From assembly GCA_965227295.1 (NCBI GenBank), contig OZ245742.1:704001-768000 (forward strand): a stretch of DNA of 64,000 nucleotides, written 5' to 3'. Position 1 is the stretch's first letter. Every line of letters starts with the position of its first letter. A program made the translations under genes and the position numbers. Under the pieces are notes generated by a model. The model had not been told where the DNA came from. It did no database searches and worked only from the letters and a program-made list of their open reading frames with translations. Origin of the DNA: Leptonemataceae bacterium. Lineage in GTDB: Bacteria > Spirochaetota > Leptospiria > Leptospirales > Leptonemataceae. This document shows, piece after piece, positions 59,946 through 64,000 of the stretch.

Positions 59946-60199
59946 TGGAGTGGGAAAATAAAGGTTGCTATTCATGCCGTCATAGATGGCTTAGCGGAAA
60001 GCCGCCAAAGAAAATTGCGGATAGCCCAACTTATCCGGTCAGCTTGCACCAGTGCAAGGTCTGTGGCTCTCTCTGGGAACAGACAGACCGGTTTGCCGAC
60101 ATCCTTAGTCGAGAAGAAGCTATCAAAGTTTTTGGTCAAATTCCTGAACTTATGGATGAGAACAATGCAGAAGCTGAAGACACTCTCACCGGTGAATAA
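59945..60199 (+). CDS. Candidate immunity protein 1 (CxxC...CxxC)
   Basis: The ATG overlaps the toxin TAA; 84 aa; CYSC and CKVCGSLW; low GC. Confidence 0.7.
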   Translation: MEWENKGCYSCRHRWLSGKPPKKIADSPTYPVSLHQCKVCGSLWEQTDRFADILSREEAIKVFGQIPELMDENNAEAEDTLTGE

Positions 60200-60554
60200 A
60201 CTAGAGTTGCAGTTGGCCTCAACACGCCGCGGTGAGACTAAAATGTCCGAATTTCTGACCACTCTCATAAGTGAATCAGTTTTCGTGCCAAGCGGTACTC
60301 CTGTTGAACGAGATCTGGGCGAGTTGCAACCTATTGTGTACGATAGGGCCGGAATTGAAGTCATCGCCGTTTTTTCTAGCTCAGCCGCCGCCGCAACGGC
60401 TTCAGACATGGCACCATTTGGGCTAGAAATAAACACTCGTGAACTCCTGAAGAGTCTCTCACCAAAGACGGGCATAGTCCTAAATCCCGGCTTTGATCTT
60501 GGATTAGAACTACTACCAGATGGGATCCCAAAACTGCTTGAAGACTTCGGGTAG
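60192..60554 (+). CDS. SseB-N-like protein, candidate immunity protein 2
   Basis: The GTG overlaps the upstream gene; VFVP, IAVFSS and GIVLNPG match the SseB-like pattern. Confidence 0.65.
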   Translation: MNKLELQLASTRRGETKMSEFLTTLISESVFVPSGTPVERDLGELQPIVYDRAGIEVIAVFSSSAAAATASDMAPFGLEINTRELLKSLSPKTGIVLNPGFDLGLELLPDGIPKLLEDFG

Positions 60555-60572
60555 TGTTTGGCCTATCCCTGT

Positions 60573-62917
60573 GTCGAGTAGGGTCAGCCCGTCACCGGGC
60601 CAACCCCCTCTAAGAACCGTACGTGCGAGTTTCCCCGCATACGGCTCAAGCAGTTCCCGCCTTACGATTCGCATGAATCTGCTGATGGCAGAAGAGATGT
60701 ACAAGTTGAAGATTCAGGATGTGGCGTTCACCACCCTGCGAGAGCGGAACCTTGTGATGGATGTGCAGCTTTTCGCCGTTCTCCAGATCCGCGGCACAGA
60801 GCGGGCAAAGACCTTTCTGAATCATTGCGAGGGTACGATGATAGGGACGATCCATTTCCTTCACGGCCTTCAGGCGACGTTTTTCCCAGTATGATCTCAA
60901 ATCGGGATCATCGGGCGAAGCGTCACCACGCACCATAATGTGCGGTCGTTTTTTCACCCACGAGAGTTTTCTCAGTAAACGGAGTTTCCCTCGCGATGGA
61001 TCAACGGTCGCGAACACCCAATGGTCAGAGCGTTCCGGATGGTGTCTTCCCCAATAGCGGGCTTTGGTCCAGCGTTTTCCCTTGTTGGAGTGTCGTCGGC
61101 GAGCCCAACGCCAGAGGCGATGCCAGCAGAAGTGATCGACGCGTGCGAACACCTTGCTTGACGCACAGTGACGATAGTAATTTGCCCAGCCAATGAGCAC
61201 GGGATTCAAAGCGTCGATCAGGGCGAGTTGGGGCGCGCCCTGGTATTGCCTGACAAGATCGCGAACGCGATCTCGCAGGCGACGCTCGTTGTCCCGGGAG
61301 GGACGAATGAGAAGTTTCCGACCTTCGCGTGGATTGCGAAACATGGGATTCTTCGTCATTCGTTTCGTTCCCGATGCTTCCACCTGTTGGAGATGGAAAC
61401 CCAGGAATTCGAAACCGTCGCTGGCGTGAACAATCCGGGTTTTAGATTCCGATAATCGCAACCCGCGCCTGGAAAGCCAGTTCCCGAGCAACGGCAGTAA
61501 CGCTTCCGCTTCGCTACGTGATCGGCAGAAGACCAGAAAGTCATCGGCGTAACGCACGAAGCGGTTGTTCGGAACGAACTCCTGCATACCATCGAGGGCG
61601 ATATTGGCGAGCAAAGGAGAGATAACTCCCCCCTGAGGAGTACCGGATTCAGAATCCGAGAACACTTCGTTCTCAACCACTCCCGCCTTGAGCCATTGTT
61701 TGATCAGCTCGTATGCGGGGAATCGGTGAAGTTTGCGAAGCAGGAATTCATGGGAGATGCGGTCAAAGGCGCTTTCAATGTCGGCGTCAATGACCCACGG
61801 TGTGCGCGATGCTCCGCAGACCTGACGGAAGATCGTTTCGATAGCATCGTGAGCACTCCGGCCCGGACGAAATCCGTAGGATCGAGACTCGAATCGAGCT
61901 TCCCATTGAGGTTCCAACGCGTTTTTGACCATGGCCTGCATGGCCCGGTCCTGAATCGTTGGAATTCCCAGGGGTCTTTGTTTGCCGTTCGCTTTCGGGA
62001 TGTAGATTCTTCGTACCGGGGACGCCTTCCAGGGCTCGTGCAGAGCCAGGAAGTCAACCAGCTTTCCCCTCGCGGCCGGTGTCTTCAGGACGAGACCATC
62101 GACACCCGGCGTGAACTTGCCACGATTCTTCTGCGTCACCTGCCGCACGGCAAGCAGCCGATTGGAAAAGCTCCGCAGCATCAGTTTCTGCAGGGAGCGT
62201 ACTTTGCGCACGTTGCCCTGTCTTTCGGCTCTGAATATTCGTTGCCGCAGACGACGTACTTCTTTCATGGCCCTCTGCCAGTCGACAGAGTTCCAGTCCG
62301 TAGCGGACGCGTAATTCTCATCGCACGATGGTACGATGCCAGTCTCCGCATTTTCCTGAGTCGTCATTGCAAGTGTATTCAGTGAACTACCCTGTCGAAG
62401 TGGGCACCCTTTCGAGTTGATCAAAAGATCTATTCGGCCGGTTATGATTTCCCGTTGCCTTTCGGCTGCCGACGTTCGCTTATTCGACAATCCCATACCC
62501 GCTGAGGAGTCCGGCCTTGTTTACACTCAGCTTGCCGGACATCGGTCCGGACCCCAACGGGCTTACCACGTTCCGCAGGTTGAAGATACGACGGGACAGG
62601 CACCCAATATACCCCGGCGGCTGAGGTGGCTGCACCCGTGTGGTAGTATCACGGGTTCTCCTGTGCCGCGTTTCCTGGCATTCACCTCTGATCCAGGCGG
62701 TTTTTTACGAAGGCTTACTCGGGTTCACTTACGTTTGCCATACCGTCTTTTCCGGTTGCCGGATCCAATGGAGGTTCATCGCGTCCGTTGCAACATCCCG
62801 GCAGCTTCGCACAGTCCGTTACCGTTCTGCGCGTGCCGGGCGGAAATGGAGCCAGCCACAGGCTCATCAGGTCAGTGTTCCACCTCCTGAACTTCTTCCA
62901 GCGACTTCGTGTCGCAC
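60573..62917 (-). mobile_element. Group II intron (IIB/chloroplast-like class, probably intact)
   Basis: 5' end GTGCGACACG at 62917; domain V GAGCCGTATGCGGGGAAACTCGCACGTACGGTTC; domain VI ending CCTACTCGAC at 60573. Confidence 0.92.
60646..62367 (-). CDS. ltrA: Group II intron reverse transcriptase/maturase with HNH endonuclease
   Basis: TPGVDG, RPLGIPTIQDR, SYGFRPGRS, GTPQGGVISPLLANI, YADD, GWANYY, CPLC...HH...GG...NL...H..CH. Confidence 0.95.
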   Translation of the reverse strand: MTTQENAETGIVPSCDENYASATDWNSVDWQRAMKEVRRLRQRIFRAERQGNVRKVRSLQKLMLRSFSNRLLAVRQVTQKNRGKFTPGVDGLVLKTPAARGKLVDFLALHEPWKASPVRRIYIPKANGKQRPLGIPTIQDRAMQAMVKNALEPQWEARFESRSYGFRPGRSAHDAIETIFRQVCGASRTPWVIDADIESAFDRISHEFLLRKLHRFPAYELIKQWLKAGVVENEVFSDSESGTPQGGVISPLLANIALDGMQEFVPNNRFVRYADDFLVFCRSRSEAEALLPLLGNWLSRRGLRLSESKTRIVHASDGFEFLGFHLQQVEASGTKRMTKNPMFRNPREGRKLLIRPSRDNERRLRDRVRDLVRQYQGAPQLALIDALNPVLIGWANYYRHCASSKVFARVDHFCWHRLWRWARRRHSNKGKRWTKARYWGRHHPERSDHWVFATVDPSRGKLRLLRKLSWVKKRPHIMVRGDASPDDPDLRSYWEKRRLKAVKEMDRPYHRTLAMIQKGLCPLCAADLENGEKLHIHHKVPLSQGGERHILNLQLVHLFCHQQIHANRKAGTA

Positions 62918-63001
62918 ACTCCTGAATAACCCATCCGAACAACTCCGGTCCGCTCAGAAAAAGGTTTACCATTCCAATCGGTACGTATAATCTAAGCCAC
63001 C

Positions 63002-64000
63002 GTGGCCACTGCTCCAAAAGGCTACCGATCTCTACTTAACGAGATCGGCAAAATTCATTCGCAGGCAACCCAGGCTTCTCGTTCCGAGATGAACCGGGCC
63101 ATTCTCACTGCACGCCTGGAGATTGGCCGCATGATCGTAGAAGCGGAACAGGGCGGCGAAAGCCGGGCCGGTTACGGCACACGACTGATAGAACGACTCG
63201 CCGAAGATCTGAAAACACGTCTCGGCCCGGGCTACAGTGAACGCAATCTCGGCCAGATGCGTAAGTTCTACAACACGTATGACCACTCCAAACTCAACTA
63301 CAACCTTGGCTGGGCGCACTATCGCGAGTTGCTTCGCGTGCAGGATGACCGGGCAAGAGCACGCATTGAAAAGCAAGCCGCGACGAATGGTCTCAGCGTT
63401 CTTGAAGTGATCGCGCTGGTGCAGGCGGAACGCAGCTCAACGCAAGATCGAATTGATGAACTGCTACGACGTCCAAACGGACGACTGTACTCGTACCGTG
63501 TGAAACGCGAACTGGGCGACTACACAACGAGGAAACCGCTGCTGGACCTCGGCTTCTCGACGTACTTGCCGCTACCTGAAAATTCTCCACATGATGCGGC
63601 TGTGATTCACTCCACTCAAACCTCAAAAGGCTATGTTTTTGAAGTCGGCAGCGAAGAAGACCTGTATCTGTATCGCGCTCAGGTTCGGGACGTAATCGAT
63701 GGCGATACCTTACTTGTTTACGTGGACGCCGGGTTCGGTGTGATTTCAAAACAAAAGATACGGCTACGTAATATAGATGCGCCCGAGTTAACGACGGAAC
63801 GCGGGCGGGACGTAAAAGCCGCTACAGAAAAACGCCTGAGAGGTGTTCCCTTCGTATTGATTCGAACAAGAGCGACGGATATGTACGACCGTTATTTGGC
63901 GGACGTAGTGCTGGGTTCAGGCGATAAAAATGTCGATAATATACTGGAAACGGGAGTTCACCTGAATCGCTGGTTGGTGGAGGAAGGTCTCGCCGTAGCA
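63002..64000 (+). CDS. DUF1016 (YhcG) N-terminal domain fused to a thermonuclease (SNase); 3'-truncated by the window edge
   Basis: Hand translation from GTG 63002 stays open to the end: IGRMIVEAEQ..RAGYG..LIERLAEDL, SERNL.QMRKFY, WAHYRELL, then VIDGDT, IRLRNIDAPE, DMYDRYLA, NRWLVEEGLA. Confidence 0.85.
   Translation, partial: MATAPKGYRSLLNEIGKIHSQATQASRSEMNRAILTARLEIGRMIVEAEQGGESRAGYGTRLIERLAEDLKTRLGPGYSERNLGQMRKFYNTYDHSKLNYNLGWAHYRELLRVQDDRARARIEKQAATNGLSVLEVIALVQAERSSTQDRIDELLRRPNGRLYSYRVKRELGDYTTRKPLLDLGFSTYLPLPENSPHDAAVIHSTQTSKGYVFEVGSEEDLYLYRAQVRDVIDGDTLLVYVDAGFGVISKQKIRLRNIDAPELTTERGRDVKAATEKRLRGVPFVLIRTRATDMYDRYLADVVLGSGDKNVDNILETGVHLNRWLVEEGLAVA

Noticed and set aside
60015-60191. 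ORF-track 5' extension of the SseB-like gene
   Set aside because: It overlaps the CxxC gene; GTG 60192 gives normal coupling. Similar over-extended starts were trimmed for mobA, moaA, moeA, hemN, lpxC and gdh.
60550-60555. GGTAGT matching the predicted intron IBS1 beside the insertion site
   Set aside because: It is on the opposite strand and on the 3'-exon side; probably a chance hexamer.
60646-62367. Reverse transcriptase as a DGR or retron diversifying the toxin tip
   Set aside because: It has maturase and HNH domains and lies within clear group II intron ends. No template/variable repeat pair or msr-msd was seen.

Overview
GC-rich bacterial chromosomal segment that looks like a Leptospiraceae-related spirochaete. 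The evidence is a Loa22-like OmpA lipoprotein, a Leptospira-type HAMP-SpoIIE-TPR phosphatase, an N-terminally extended adenosine-deaminase-family protein, and a giant protein resembling the Leptospira TIGR04388 family. Positions 1-46 kb are mostly housekeeping and signalling genes: MoxR ATPase and partner, moaC-moeA-moaA-moaD-moaE-mobA, hemN, an omega-3-type desaturase, aroD, rluD, lpxC behind a sigma-54 promoter, PP2C phosphatases, a kinase/NtrC pair, recO, GT2/GT-C, GH31, a YkuI-like EAL protein, a sul-like folP and the large NAD-GDH. At 34.6-35.0 kb there is a nested inverted repeat built from two Flavo-1-like structured units. Positions 46.3-64 kb form an accessory locus that reads as a polymorphic toxin system: a small secreted leader ORF ending HAGP, a ~4377-aa exported helical protein with a low-GC C-terminal toxin-like tip, two overlapping candidate immunity genes, an intact antisense group II intron, and a DUF1016N-thermonuclease fusion that runs off the window and is absent from the ORF track. 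No rRNA, tRNA or CRISPR array was seen. All family assignments come from motif recognition by eye; no searches were run.
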